Of a stretch of 64,000 nucleotides of DNA, positions 1 through 13,580 are shown piece by piece. Each line of letters begins with the position of its first letter. The first letter of the stretch is position 1. Position numbers and translations under genes: made by a program. The notes beneath the pieces are model-generated. The model made no database searches. It saw only the letters and a program-made list of their open reading frames with translations, and was not told the DNA's origin. Where the stretch lies: the NCBI GenBank assembly GCA_964016885.1, contig OZ024741.1:365180001-365244000 (forward strand), in the 5' to 3' direction. The DNA comes from Eledone cirrhosa (taxonomy: Eukaryota).

Positions 1-154
1 TATATATATACACACATACCGTATTTCCCAGCGTCGAAGACGCAACTTTTTCCCTAAAATAAGTCTGAAAAAGATGCACATGCCGGACTACACACTTACT
101 CTCCACAACCATATAATTTGTTTGTTAACCTTCCAAACTCTGTTGTTCCAACAT

Positions 155-157
<3 letters not shown>

Positions 158-221
<64 letters not shown>

Positions 222-252
222 TCTCTCTCTCTCACTCCCTCTCTCTCTCTCT
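158..252. repeat. (CT)n microsatellite
   Basis: Near-perfect ctctct run; explains the SLSLSL ORFs. Confidence 0.95.
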
Positions 253-544
253 TTCCGCCTTTCTCTGAGTGTGTGTGTATATCTGTGTGTTGGGCAGGTT
301 CATCTCTGTGAGTGTGCCTGAAGGCACCATTTCAAATAAATACGCAAGATATGAATTACAAATGATGTTAAAGATGTAAACCAGTATTTTTTGTCCATTA
401 ACTAAGAGGAAATATAAGTATAGAGACAAAATGTATGTATACGCACCGACATATAAGCACAAACACATTCACACACACAATACAAACACATACATACACA
501 AATACACACACGAATACTCACACGAATACTCGGAAATATATATA

Positions 545-941
545 TAGTTTCAGAAGATCCCGTTAAGGGTGAAAGCGGCGATTCTTTGCTTAAACTTTAA
601 TCTGTTATTTTAATAAATATTTGCTCTACGGTTCTTATATATCTGATATATATTTATCCTTATCGAGCCCTCTTTGGATTTTAGTCTTCAAATTTATTAT
701 TATTACTATATATATATATATATATATATATATGTCAACATGAATGGTCCTATTATTTTTATCTAAAGACATTTTTTCCAGTTCCATCCCGCCCCTTTAA
801 TCTATTTTATTTCTCATTCTTTCTTCTGATGAAAGACTAGCGTCCGAAACGTTGAGATCCTCTTCCTGCTATATCAAGCGTTAACCTAATATATTCCTTC
901 CATATACTGTACCGATTGTATTGTTATTTCTGTTTACCTCT

Positions 942-945
<4 letters not shown>
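545..945 (+). mobile_element. Penelope-like pseudo-LTR remnants between (TA)n runs
   Basis: Hammerhead-like cores at ~551-585 (cagaaga-tccc-gttaa-gggt-gaaa, degenerate) and 822-857; bounded by TA repeats. Confidence 0.5.
822..857 (+). ncRNA. Minimal type I hammerhead ribozyme (PLE type)
   Basis: tctt-CTGATGA-aagactagcgtcc-GAAAC-GTT-gaga: conserved cores, gac/gtc helix II, self-complementary AACGTT in place of helix III, tctt/gaga helix I. Confidence 0.65.
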
Positions 946-984
<39 letters not shown>

Positions 985-1054
985 ATATATATATATATAT
1001 ACATATAAATATATACATATATATATATATATACATATAAATATATACATATAT

Positions 1055-1273
1055 CTTTAGCGATCGACTTTCGTCAAATCGGACCGAGGGAACAATGTTT
1101 CCGTTGGTCTTTCCAATTGCTAATACTATCTATCGGTCGCAACTCGGTAGAAGAGGCAACGTGAAATAAAGTGTCTTGCTCAAGGACATAACGCATCACC
1201 TGGTCCAGGAATCGAACTCAGAACCTTACGATTGCGAATCGAATTCTCTAACCACTCAGCCACGCGCCTTCAC
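1055..1273 (-). mobile_element. tRNA-derived SINE (family B)
   Basis: Reverse strand reads gtgaaggcgcgTGGCTGAGTGGttaga...GAGTTCGATTCC (A and B boxes), then ccttgagcaagacactttatttcac; homologous to 39245-39460 and 25236-25360. Confidence 0.85.
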
Positions 1274-1714
<441 letters not shown>

Positions 1715-2164
1715 TGTGCTTTCTATAAGCAGACATCAGTTTCAAGAAAGATCACTCGAAGGTATTATTGTTATTATTTTAGAAAATAATTTTCTTTTTA
1801 CGGGAAATCTTAAATCACGATTCTCTGTCAATATGTTGCGTGGGTATCAATCTATATGCCTATATATATATGTATATATATATACATGTGTGTGTGTCTG
1901 GGTGTCTGTGTGTTTGCGTCTGTATGTGTATGTGTGTGTGTGTGCGTGTACATCTACGTTTGCGTTTATATTTGTATATTTACTTATGCATCAATTTATT
2001 CGTGCATGAAACAATTTGCGAATGCATGTGCTGTTCCATGGGTTTTGTGTGTATGTCTACTCTCTGCTCTTAATACACACATAATATATATACATACATA
2101 AACACACACACACACAACTGGAATTGAGCCATCAGCACAGTTGAGGTATGTCAGACATCAATTT

Positions 2165-2226
2165 ATATTATCTGATGAGGACGTACTCAGGAAACAGCTC
2201 AGTACCTCTGAAATATATATAATAAA
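2165..2226 (+). ncRNA. Hammerhead ribozyme-like motif in PLE pLTR remnant
   Basis: ttat-CTGATGA-ggacgtact...agtacctct-GAAA-tatatata-ataa; gtact/agtac helix II, ttat/ataa helix I. Confidence 0.5.
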
Positions 2227-2371
2227 ATATATTTGATCACATGAATGTCTATATTTATTAATATTTTTTTATTAATATTAATAACTCCAGAAAACTTCAC
2301 AGTTGAGTGTTTCTAATCTATTGTAAAACTATATTAATTGATTAATCAATGAACGTTGTTTAACATTTGGT

Positions 2372-3081
<710 letters not shown>

Positions 3082-3283
3082 ATGGAGATCTCTCTGCACT
3101 TGTCGTCACATGGTACAATGAGCCCAGCACTATGTGTCAATAATTGTCACAAGTGTAGTGTTTGTACCAGAGTTTTCAAGTCGCTGGCTGGACTAAGAAG
3201 TCACACTCGTCAGCGCATCGGTAGCGGTTCTCCTACATGGATATAGAGTAGTGACTGTACTCGAAAACGACTTGGCAGCCACC
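3082..3283 (+). mobile_element. 3' fragment of RTE-derived element
   Basis: Encodes CSVCTRVFKSLAGLRSH (C2H2 finger like RTE C-termini); ends tactcgaaaacgacttggcagccacc; homologous to reverse complement of 60317-60546. Confidence 0.7.
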
Positions 3284-3527
3284 ATATACATATATATATA
3301 TATACATATATATACATATATATATACATATATATATATATACATATACGATATTAAATAAATGGAAACTATATTTATAAAACCATATTTATTTCATTAT
3401 ATATATTTCAGGGATATCATATTAACAATATGCTATGCCTTCCTCAGACAAAATACAATATAGACAGTTTTATAGATAAATAGATTTGACATACCGTTCA
3501 ACATAGACTTGTATTTGAAAAGTTGAT

Positions 3528-4403
3528 TTGTCTAATAGAAAGATTTTCGACGAAAAAGCCCAGTACTACAATGAAGCGTTAGCTAGAGCAGGATATAGTG
3601 ATAAGATTATGTACATAGATAATGATAGACAAACTAAACAAAATAACAACTATTTTAATTACGGCAACAACCTTAACAACTATAATACAAAGCATTACAA
3701 TAATTCCAAAAGCCAAAAAAGAAATAGAACTAGGAACATAATTTGGTTTGCCCGCCCTTTCTCACTAAACATTAAAACCCACATCGCTAAACTATTTTTT
3801 AAAGCTCTTGATAATCGCTTCCCTAGAACACATAGGTATCACTCAATTTTCAATAGACATACTATAAAATTAACCTACTCATCCACCAAAAATTTAGCAC
3901 AAAATATTAATAGAATAAATAATAGGAACTTAAAACCTAGTGGTAATAGCATAAATAATGTACAAGATAACAAATGTAACTGTAGAGATAGATCTAAATG
4001 TCCGTTAAATAACAACTGCTTAGTTAAAAATATAGTATACAATTGTAATGTTAAAACTGACTCTAATTCTTTTAACTACGTCGGTTCCACATCGACGGAA
4101 TTTAAACTTCGCTATAATAACCACAAGAATTCTTTCACAGATCCAAGCAAAAAATCTTCAACAGCACTATCAGGCGTACTCTGGCAACTTAAGCTAGATA
4201 ACGTTAGATATTCGACGGCTTGGAATATAGTCTCAAGAGGGATTCCTTTTAATTCATCCTCTGAGACATGTGACCTCTGCGCAGAGGAGATATTCTTTAT
4301 ACTAAAATCTAAAAATTCCCTTAATCTACGGACAAATTTATTCAGTTGCTGCAAACATAGATTAAACTCAACTTTTAAATATAAATTTAAATTTAAAATG
4401 TAG
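3528..4403 (+). pseudogene. PLE ORF C-terminal part: RT thumb, Cys linker and GIY-YIG endonuclease
   Basis: YNEALARAGY, RNIIWFxxPFS, CNCR..CPL...C, IVY...YVGST..FKLRYNNH, CDLCAEE, LNxR..CKH motifs; 5' end joined to the inverted pLTR. Confidence 0.85.
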
Positions 4404-5750
4404 TATATTTAGTTTGATTTATAATTATTTGGGAAACTAGCCGATAAATGTTTCGATTTCTTCTTTTTATTCTTCTTTTTCTTTTTATTTTTATTTTTAT
4501 TTTTATTTAAACATTCTTCATGAAAAATTAAACTACCCTAAAAGTTGATGCTCCAAATATTTCGAATAAACGTTACACTAGATAAACTTCTATATTAAAT
4601 ATAAGAACACATGTAGACCAAATGGGCATCCTAAACTTTTTGAAATGGTTTTTGCTAGACGCGATTTGATAAATAATTTTTAGCTTTATCTGTTTTCGAC
4701 TCTGATGCTTATAATGGACTTGGCAATATATTGTCAATTAATTTCGAAGGGTTGATCTTTGTGGTTTATTTTTATTATTGTAGTATTTTCTAATATTTTT
4801 ATTTTTAATATGTAATATTTTTTCGTAATATTTTTTAGTTTTCTATTTTATTATTATTTATTATTATTATTGTTATTATTTTTTTGTTTCTGATATTTTT
4901 ATTAATATATTGAAATCTGTTCTCTATTTCTGCTTGATAGATAATCATGTGGAGTAAAGACAAGAATAGTATTGTTAAAATTAATATAGACTCTATATAT
5001 ATGTGTATATATATACACATAAATGTATACTTAAATTTTTATAGCACAATGAGAATGTTCTCCATGGAAAATTGGGATTTGCAGAGTTGTTCACGTAAAT
5101 TCACATCGATGTTTGTAGTTATCATATAAACATATGAATTTTTAAAACTAAACATAAGATCATTACTTTTCACACATTATGGATACGTGTCTCATTCAGG
5201 AATACTGATATTTACATTATAGTGCCTGGTTTTTATACATACTAATACTTCTACATTAAAACATAGGGTTTTTATGCCTCGCCTATGTCTGGTTACTTTT
5301 CATTTTTCTCTCTATATAACAGCTGGTTTCTCTCCTAACCACATATATCTCCCTTACATTAATAGTAGAGCTAAATAAATAAATAAATAAATAAATGTAT
5401 CATTGATACGTTTATTCAATGGATGTCCAACTACCCACTTTTCTCTCTATATATCTATCTCTATCTATTTCCTCTCTCTATATATATCTCTCTCTGTTTC
5501 TTTACATGAAGTTCTTCGCTTTATCTATCTTTCCATCTCTCTATTTTGTTACATGCATTTCTTCTTTTTCGTCTTTTTCTTCGTTTTCTTTCTTTCTTTT
5601 CTTTCTTTCCTTCTTTCTCTCTTTTTTTTCTTTTTTCTTTTTTTTCTTTCTGTTTACAATTTTTTTCACTGCCAAATCAACTTTTCAAATACAAGTCGAT
5701 GTTGAACGGTATGTCAAATCTATTTATCTATAAAACTGTCTATATTGTAT

Positions 5751-5810
5751 TTTGTCTGAGGAAGGCATAGCATATTGTTAATATGATATCCCTGAAATAT
5801 ATATAATGAA
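5751..5810 (+). ncRNA. Hammerhead ribozyme in PLE pLTR (inverted copy at 3393-3452, minus)
   Basis: tttgt-CTGAGGA-agg...catatt-gtt-aatatg...cct-GAAA-tatatata-atgaa. Confidence 0.6.
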
Positions 5811-5996
5811 ATAAATATGGTTTTATAAATATAGTTTCCATTTATTTAATATCGTAAATATACTCCAAATACTTGTTGAGTGCTTTTATATCAGTTATAA
5901 ATATTTACTAGTTGTAAACCAACAATTTAAATATAACTTTCCATATATATACATATATATATATACATATATGTACATATATATATATATATATAT

Positions 5997-5998
<2 letters not shown>

Positions 5999-6082
<84 letters not shown>
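5999..6082. repeat. (GT)n microsatellite
   Basis: Direct inspection. Confidence 0.95.
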
Positions 6083-6087
<5 letters not shown>

Positions 6088-7325
6088 CGAGTGTATACTT
6101 ACTGTTTGTATATTTAAGTTCAGTGGCAAGTTAAAAAAACTAATCTCTCTTTTCAATTTCAATCTTTTGGAAGTTTATAGATTTTCTGTATAACCCCATT
6201 TATATTCTGCTACATGATAATTGCATCACCTCTTTGAAACATATACTATTGAAGTAGTAAGTCCAGATAATATAACATTTCATGAATAACTGTACCCTAT
6301 CTCAATTTATGATTTGCTGTACCGAAAGGAAGCTTAATCTTAACGTCCTGTACCGCTTGAATCCGCACTAGAATGATATTATTGTAAAAATACAAAATAG
6401 CACAATAACTACATCACATACTAAATACGTCTTTATTTTAACACAGCAATTTTTGACAATGATATCTCTCTGATAAAGATGCTATAAACGTTTGAATTAA
6501 TAAAGACATTTTTAGATATTTTCGGATAAATCATTGCAAATTGTTAAGCATGTTGTTGCTTCCTTTTGCTTGCTTGAAGGAACAAATGAGAAAGGACCAA
6601 TCCTTAGATAGGCCCAAGGAAGCTATGTTTCTATTGTTGTTTCCATTGCTGATACCCTCTGTCGGTCGCAACACGTTGGGGGTGTTTTTGTCCCTTCGCT
6701 GGACTGTTCCTTCATTTATCGACCCGGAAAACGATAAAAAATGAGAGGCAAAGTTGAATTTGGTGGCTTTTGAACTGAGAACGCAGAGATCCAGAACAAA
6801 TGTTACAAAGCATTTAATCTGACACTCTAACAACTGTCAGTTCGCAGCCGTAGAGAAATAGCGGACAAATGTTCTTCAAACTTCCTCCTACCGTATATAT
6901 GAAGAATAAATACGATAACGTTGTGCCGGATTTTTCAATAGCTTATTAAAAAGAGGACAGGCAACCGACGTCAGTTTTCAGAGCCTTCAAGACTAGTGAA
7001 TGGGAGAAGTGCGGATAATATTCATAGATTGGAAAATTGGCCCGAATGCTTACAACAGGATGAACATGGCGTAAGGAACCTAAGAACCAGGTAATATTGT
7101 TAAACTGGGACCCAAATATTAAATCAATGAAAATGTCTGTTTGGCCTTTGGTAAAACCAAATTTCAAGCACTCTAATAAGTAGCTAACGTCAGTCTTTCC
7201 ATTGCGCATGCACACTAGTTAGATACTTAACATTTCAACGTAGTTTGACACGGAGTTGCGACGAGAAAGGTTGTATTTTGTGTGCTTGTCATCATTCTAA
7301 AAATGGAATACCAAGACGAAGATTA

Positions 7326-9134
7326 CACCGTGTAACAAAAAAATCTTTTTTCTTTGCTCCTGGTTTATAATCACTTTTTTGTGTTACTTAGGTCCCAAAT
7401 AAATAAAAAAAGTGCTATTAAACAGTTAAAAGTTTGGGTTTGTAAAAATTCTAGAATTATTTGTATGCTGGATTTTACGTTGTATGTAAGTTTAATTTGT
7501 TTATGTTAAATGATTTATTTTATATATGTTTCAGGTTAAATTAAAATTATAAAATAAAGAGTAATACCTAAAAAAATTATAAAAGTGCAATAAACTATAA
7601 AATTGTTAAAAAGTGGATTAAAGAGATTTATTGATACTGGATTTTTGCACCCTGAATAAAGGGTAAATTGTGTTTTAAGCACGAATTTTCGTTAGTATGA
7701 TTAGTGTTCTTTTATATTATTTAAATATGTATTTCCCTTTCCAATATTTATTTTGTATTGTATATCAAATTTATTTTCCAAGACAAGTATTCTGATGAAG
7801 AGGAGGAGATGGATGCTGAAGACTTGGATTACCTGCCTGAGGTACCAGAAAAAGTTCCTCACTTGCCAAACCAAAAAGAAGTAAATGACTTGGTCGGGGA
7901 TATGGGTATGACCAAGTCCAATGCAGAGCTATTGGTCTCCAGGATGAAGCAGTGGAACTTGGTCAAGGAGGAAGTGCAGGTGACAAGTCAGAGAAGTCGA
8001 CACGAATCTTTCTCAGGATTTTACACTCTTACGGATAAGGAAGATTACTACAGTGTGACAGTCCTCTTGGAAGCTCTGCAATACAACCAGTACAATTGGG
8101 AAATCATTGGAGACTCCCAAGATAGTGGCTTTCCTGCTTGGACTCCAAGGAGGCTTTATCAAATTCCAATGCTTCCTCTGCCTTTGGGACAGCAGAGCCA
8201 CCTCTGACCACTACAAAAGAAAGAACTGGGAACAGCGAACAGAATTTGTAGTTAGGACCCGGAACGTCATGTGGGAGCCACTGGTTGATCCCAGGATTGT
8301 GCTCATGCCGCCACTGCACATTAAGTTGGGGTTGATGAAGCAGTTTGTGAAGGCTCTCAACCAAGAATCAGCCGCTTTTAAGTACCTTCTTGAGTTCTTC
8401 CCCAAGTTATCTGAGGCCAACATCAAAGGGGGAATTTTTGTTGGACCTCAGATAAAGAAGGTGTTTGAATCTACCGAGTTCTCCAATAAGCTCAATATGA
8501 TTGAGAGAACAGCATGGAACTGTTTCAAGGCAGTTGTTAAGGGCTTCTTGGGCAACTACAGAGCTGAAAACTACCAGCAACTGGTGCAGGATCTGATAAA
8601 GGCTTTTGGCGCCATGGGATGCAGGATGTCGCTTAAACTCCATATGCTGGACGTTCACCTGGAAAAATTCAAGGACAATATGGGCGCCTACTCAGAAGAA
8701 TAAGGCGAACGATTCCACTAAGATGTGAAAGAGATAGAGCGGAGGTACCAGGGCCACTACAATGAAAAATGGATGGGGGACTATATCTGGGGGCTAGTGC
8801 GGGAATGTGACCTGGACTACAACCACAAATCCAGGAAATCCAGTCATTTCTGACGTGTATAAGTTGCTTTATAAGTGTTATTTGTTTTTACTTGTTTGCT
8901 TTTGATAAGCTTGTGTAATAAAATAAATATATACTCTGTTGATTTAATTATATGAACTGATAAATAAAAAAAAATGTGTTTTTTCTTTAAAAATATGAAA
9001 ATTTCGAAATATCAAACTCCTGACCACAAACCCAAACTTCTAATTAAATAATAGTGTTTTTTTTATAATAATGGGATATAACAAACCATGAAATGACACT
9101 TAGAACTGGGGAACCAAAATTATGTTACACGGTG
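7326..9134 (+). mobile_element. Chapaev/Chapaev3-type (CMC superfamily) DNA transposon, internally deleted
   Basis: TIRs caccgtgtaaca...tgttacacggtg; 4-bp TSD ATTA at 7322-7325 and 9135-9138; transposase motifs inside. Confidence 0.85.
7779..8853 (+). pseudogene. Chapaev-type transposase, frameshifted with stops
   Basis: NQKEVNDLV..MGMTKSNAELLVSRMKQWNL; LLGLQGGF..FQCFLCLWDSR; PPLHIKLGLMKQFVKAL; SLKLHML..HL; NMGAYSEE*GERFH*D. Confidence 0.85.
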
Positions 9135-10822
9135 ATTATCAACACCTTGTTTTTTTATTTAAAAAAGAGCACAGGCGAAAACCTACAGGAAGATATACGG
9201 TTTGTATGGAACGTATGTACCAGAAGTGGTTTTCAAATTTATATCGGGACTTTTTGGGGTTCAAAATACATCTCGCTCTCGCTGGCCAACTGATACTAAC
9301 AGTGACAAAATGACTGAAGTAGTTGATACAACCACCTTTAAAAGAACAGAATGATCGCAGATATTATCCAAATATACAAATAAAGTGTTGAGAACCATCT
9401 GTATCAACGTGGTTACGCCAGCAGGCTCGATGTTCGGTCTCCACATCACGTGAATGAGGCTAACTTTGCGCAACAGTTTTTCATCTGCGACACGTCGCAG
9501 AAAAATGGAGAAAACGATCCGTTTTTGAAGAGAATGGTAACAGAAAACGAAAAATGGATCATCTATAGCAATATTAAGCGCAAACGATCATGGGGGAGGC
9601 GCAGCAAACCACCACAAACAACCCCCAAAGCAGGAATTCACACAAAGATGAATATGCTTTCATTTCGGTGGGATTTGTAGGGTGTTGTCTTTTACGAGCT
9701 TCTTCTCATGGACAGAACCATCAAATCAGTTAGTGATCCACCAGAAGTGCCTAGCATTTGCTAATCATAGGCGTAGTCTTTAATCATGATAAGGCCAGGC
9801 GCACACTTGTATGCAGACGCGGCAGAAGTTACTGGGGCTCGGTGGAGAGTTTTTGCCGTACCCTCCAAGTCGTCCGACATAGCGCCCTCAGATTTCTACA
9901 TATTTCGGTCTCTCCAAAATTCAATGAATGGACAGACCTTCGACTCTGAAAAGATTATAAAAATTTACGTATGAAAATTTTCGCCAGTAAAAACAAGAAA
10001 TTATTTGACCAGAAAATAAGGGATCTGCCCACATGATACCAGAAGATCAGGAGGAAACTATAGTTATTTAATTGGTTAAATGAACCGCTTTGTTTTTAAA
10101 ACGTGTGTCATATCTTCACTTAAAAAACGAACGGAATTTTTGACCAACCTAATATTATCCATAGCAAAAAATAGACTGAAATGCCTTTAATTATACGTCT
10201 GCGACACATAAATTGCCTTTTATAAAGCATCAGACGACATGCTTTGCAGCATAGAGTCACGTCCCTCTACAAAATTAGCTTTCCTACTTGTAAAGGGATG
10301 GGGTACCATATAATCGACTTTCCTTCCCACCAAAGTTGTGTCAAAATTAGGAGCCATTATACATCTGCTCGATCAGGGTCGACATGGTGCTAAACAACAT
10401 CAGCGACAAGGATTTTCTACACTTTTAACATGAATATTGCATTTATGTTCTGAATAAATAATACCTTTTATTATTGAACCACAAATCAAAGCAGCAATCA
10501 ACTGATGTATCAATCTAACTAATACAAATATCAAACAGAATACATAAGTATAGTAAATTATAAATGATGAAATGTGAAGTAAGTTATTGTTGTTGATATC
10601 ATCGTTCTTTTGATTGCTTAACTCGGATTGGACTTGAGTCGCATGAACGTATGACCAAAGGCGTTCCAGTTGAGACCACACCATATAGGTGCAGTGATTC
10701 TAGGTTCACTCCTGCTGCACGGTACCTTGGAGAAATATTTTCTATTATAATGCCTTGTGAGTATAATTTTAGAATCTGGTTGACGGAAACTGTAGAAATC
10801 TGACGTATATATATCCAATTTT

Positions 10823-10982
10823 TTTGTTGATTAAATTGAACCTTTCGTACCAAAACAGCCGCGGATTAATATGAAAGACCATAAAAAACTTTGCGGAAGA
10901 TTTACCAGTAAGACTCATAGCACCTTCTAAATCCGATCTAGAAATCATGTTTTGGTATGAAAGGTTCAATTTAATCAACAAC
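10823..10982. repeat. 35-bp inverted repeat with ~90-bp spacer
   Basis: ttgttgattaaattgaacctttcgtaccaaaaca vs tgttttggtatgaaaggttcaatttaatcaacaa. Confidence 0.8.
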
Positions 10983-11229
10983 AAAAAAATGAATTATTTA
11001 GTAGTTGTCATCATCAAATTGGTAAAACGTTCCAGGCAATGTACCAGTTCCAAAAAGAAAATAAGGATAAATAACAACTTAAATATATGTAAATTTTGCC
11101 CAATTGAAGTAATAATTTATAGATATCTATATGTAATAGAATAACCTCATTGAGACTTTTTTTATCCTATGATTTGATTAGCATAGTTCAATATTTAATT
11201 AGACATCAATTAGGATATATACAATAGAT

Positions 11230-12480
11230 AGTTTAACGTTCCTAAAATATCGCTGGAGCTGAGAGAAGAGATTCCCTATAAGTTAAAAAATGCTTTTACA
11301 TTGTAAATGAGTTATCTTCCTTTTGTTTACATTGTCCGAAACATTTTTTGATTAGCTTGAAAAAAACATATATAAAATATAAAATATGGATTAATAAATA
11401 ATGATTAATAGTTTAATAATACACAGACTATCATTAAAAGTAAAATATATATATCAGAATAATTAAATATAAAAGTAAATATAACCATTCATTAAATAAA
11501 ATAAAATTTATGGGGAGTAAATATAACCACAGTTGGATTCTAAGAAATAAGTGAAAATTAAAAAATAACGAAGTTTCACAAAAATTGAATTTTTAAATTT
11601 TAAATTAATTTAGACAATAAATGAACAAAATATATTATATATATATTGATGGGGATATATGCATTTTATTATATTTTAATACATGTTTAATAATTATTTA
11701 ATTAGGCTTTAAAGATAAATTCTTTTAAATTTGTAGTATAATATTGATAGAATATCTTACCTTATAATAAAAAAATTATAATAATCTAGAGTGAGCTAAA
11801 TTAAATTAAATTAATTTAAACATATAAATTTGTAATTAACTTAAATATTTGATTGCGAAAGAAAGTAATCTATGTCTAATAATCTGGATATAATATAAAC
11901 TTATAATTAACTAAAGCGTAATCCAATACAAGCGATATTCACTGATAAATATGAAAAGATTTTTAATTTCTAATTTTGTCTAGCATTTGAATACAATGGT
12001 TTTTTATTCTCCCCTCTACTTTATCCTTTCCTTTTCCTATTCTTCGTTTTTCTTTTTTTCTTTTTTTTTCTATTTTCTCTCCGCATCTTCCCTTTCTTCT
12101 GTTTTTATTCCCATTTTTTCTCTCTACATCTTTTTTTCTTCTTTTATTTATTTATTTATATATTTATTTGTTTATTTCCCTTCTTTTTCTTTGAATCTTC
12201 CATCTCAATTCCCCTTCTATATTTCCACCTTGCTCTACGTCCTCTTCTTCTCTAAGTTTATCATATTATTTGTGGTATAAAAACGTTGAGGGTTGGCGAA
12301 ATAAATCACTGCCACTATTGGAATTGAATAATCAAAACCGTAGCGGTATGTCGCATATCCAATCTTATATATTTTATCTGATGAAAACGTACTTAAACAC
12401 CATTGTATCTTTGAAATATGTATAATAAAATATATATTTTGATTATGAGAATATTTTTCAATTATTAATATTTTGAATAA
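11230..12480 (+). mobile_element. Highly decayed PLE of the same family as 3347-5900
   Basis: 12340-12440 aligns by eye to pLTR 5710-5830, including tCTGATGA...GAAAtatg; upstream AT-rich then T-rich region mirrors the 3347-5900 layout. Left boundary uncertain. Confidence 0.45.
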
Positions 12481-12492
12481 TATATATATAGA

Positions 12493-12560
<68 letters not shown>

Positions 12561-12565
<5 letters not shown>

Positions 12566-13549
12566 TATGTATACGTACATACATATATGTATACAGACGT
12601 ACAGTAGTATGTATATATATATACATACATGCACACATATATATATATGTACGTATGGATTTACCAAACATTTATTATAATGCTCGGTGTGTTTGTAAAC
12701 AAACATCCCGTATTAAGCCGTAGTGTCTAGCAACCACCGTTGCTCGTTTGTTCAACACTGACAAAGGAACGCTGACCTTCATAATATATGCTATACTAGT
12801 TTCAAGCTTGTTAGCTATCGTCAGCAATGTATACATTCCTGCCAGATAGTTGAACGTCCGAAAGTATATACTTTCCGTATGCATATTAACGGCTGAGTAG
12901 CCCAATTTGCATATCGTGTTGGTTAATCGGCCGGGTGCACCGAAAACGATAAACGGAAAAAATGAAACGAAATTTCATTTCCCACTCTTAGTACGGCTGT
13001 TACTTAAATATAAGTATGTATACGTACATACATATATGTATACGTACATACATATATGTATACAGACATACAGTAGTATGTATATATATATACATACATG
13101 CACACATATATATATGTACGTATGGATTAACCCACTCGATATGCAAATTGGGCTACTCAGTCGTTAATATGCATAAGGAAAGTATATACTTTCGGACGTT
13201 CAACTATCCGGCAGGAAGGTATACGTTGCTGACAATAGCTAACAAGCTTGAAACTAGTATAGCATATATTATGAAGGTCAGCGTTCCTTTGTCAGTGTTG
13301 AACAAACGGGAAACGGTGGTTGCTAGACACTACGGCTTAATACGGGATGTTTGTTTACAAACACACCGAGCATTATAATAAATGTTTGGTCAATCCATAC
13401 GTACATATATATATGTGTGCATGTATGTATATATATATACATACTACTGAACGTCTGTATACATATATGTATGTACGTATACATACTTATATTTAAGTAA
13501 CAGCCGTACTAAGAGTGGGAAATGAAATTTCGTTTCATTTTTTTCCGTT

Positions 13550-13551
<2 letters not shown>
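12561..13551 (+). mobile_element. PLE-type non-coding element: two inverted partial copies followed by a sense copy
   Basis: 13128-13551 is the reverse complement of 12561-12925 and 12949-13128; hammerhead, AATAAA, (TA)n flanks; related end at 41945-42070. Confidence 0.75.
12790..12826 (-). ncRNA. Minimal hammerhead ribozyme (variant copy at 13226-13263, plus)
   Basis: g-CTGACGA-tagct-aaca-agctt-GAAAC-ta-GTA-tagc; palindromic ACTAGT helix III. Confidence 0.7.

Positions 13552-13580
<29 letters not shown>

Larger units (their letters stand above)
3347..5900 (+). mobile_element. 5'-truncated Penelope-like element with inverted pseudo-LTR
   Basis: 184-bp inverted repeat 3347-3530 / 5673-5856 flanks a GIY-YIG ORF; hammerhead in both arms; left end abuts (TA)n. 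Confidence 0.85.
7116..10154 (+). mobile_element. Decayed mariner element interrupted by a Chapaev-type insertion
   Basis: MEYQDED|YQHLVFLF N-terminus split at 7325/9135; FLKRMVTENEKWIIYSN, HDKAR, SSDIAPSDFYIFRSLQN mariner motifs; 3' end ttgaccaacctaata. Left boundary approximate. Confidence 0.8.

Noticed and set aside
1195-1273. SINE heads (also 25240, 39380, 56740) as real tRNA genes
   Set aside because: A/B boxes present but no complete cloverleaf, and each continues into a repeated SINE body
6531-6900. Possible Crypton/tyrosine-recombinase N-terminal remnant on minus strand
   Set aside because: Only vague resemblance across frames; no catalytic motifs visible; needs an HMM search
11240-11990. 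Very AT-rich tract resembling mitochondrial DNA (NUMT)
   Set aside because: No recognisable mitochondrial rRNA, tRNA or gene motif; lies upstream of a PLE pLTR, so a decayed PLE is more likely
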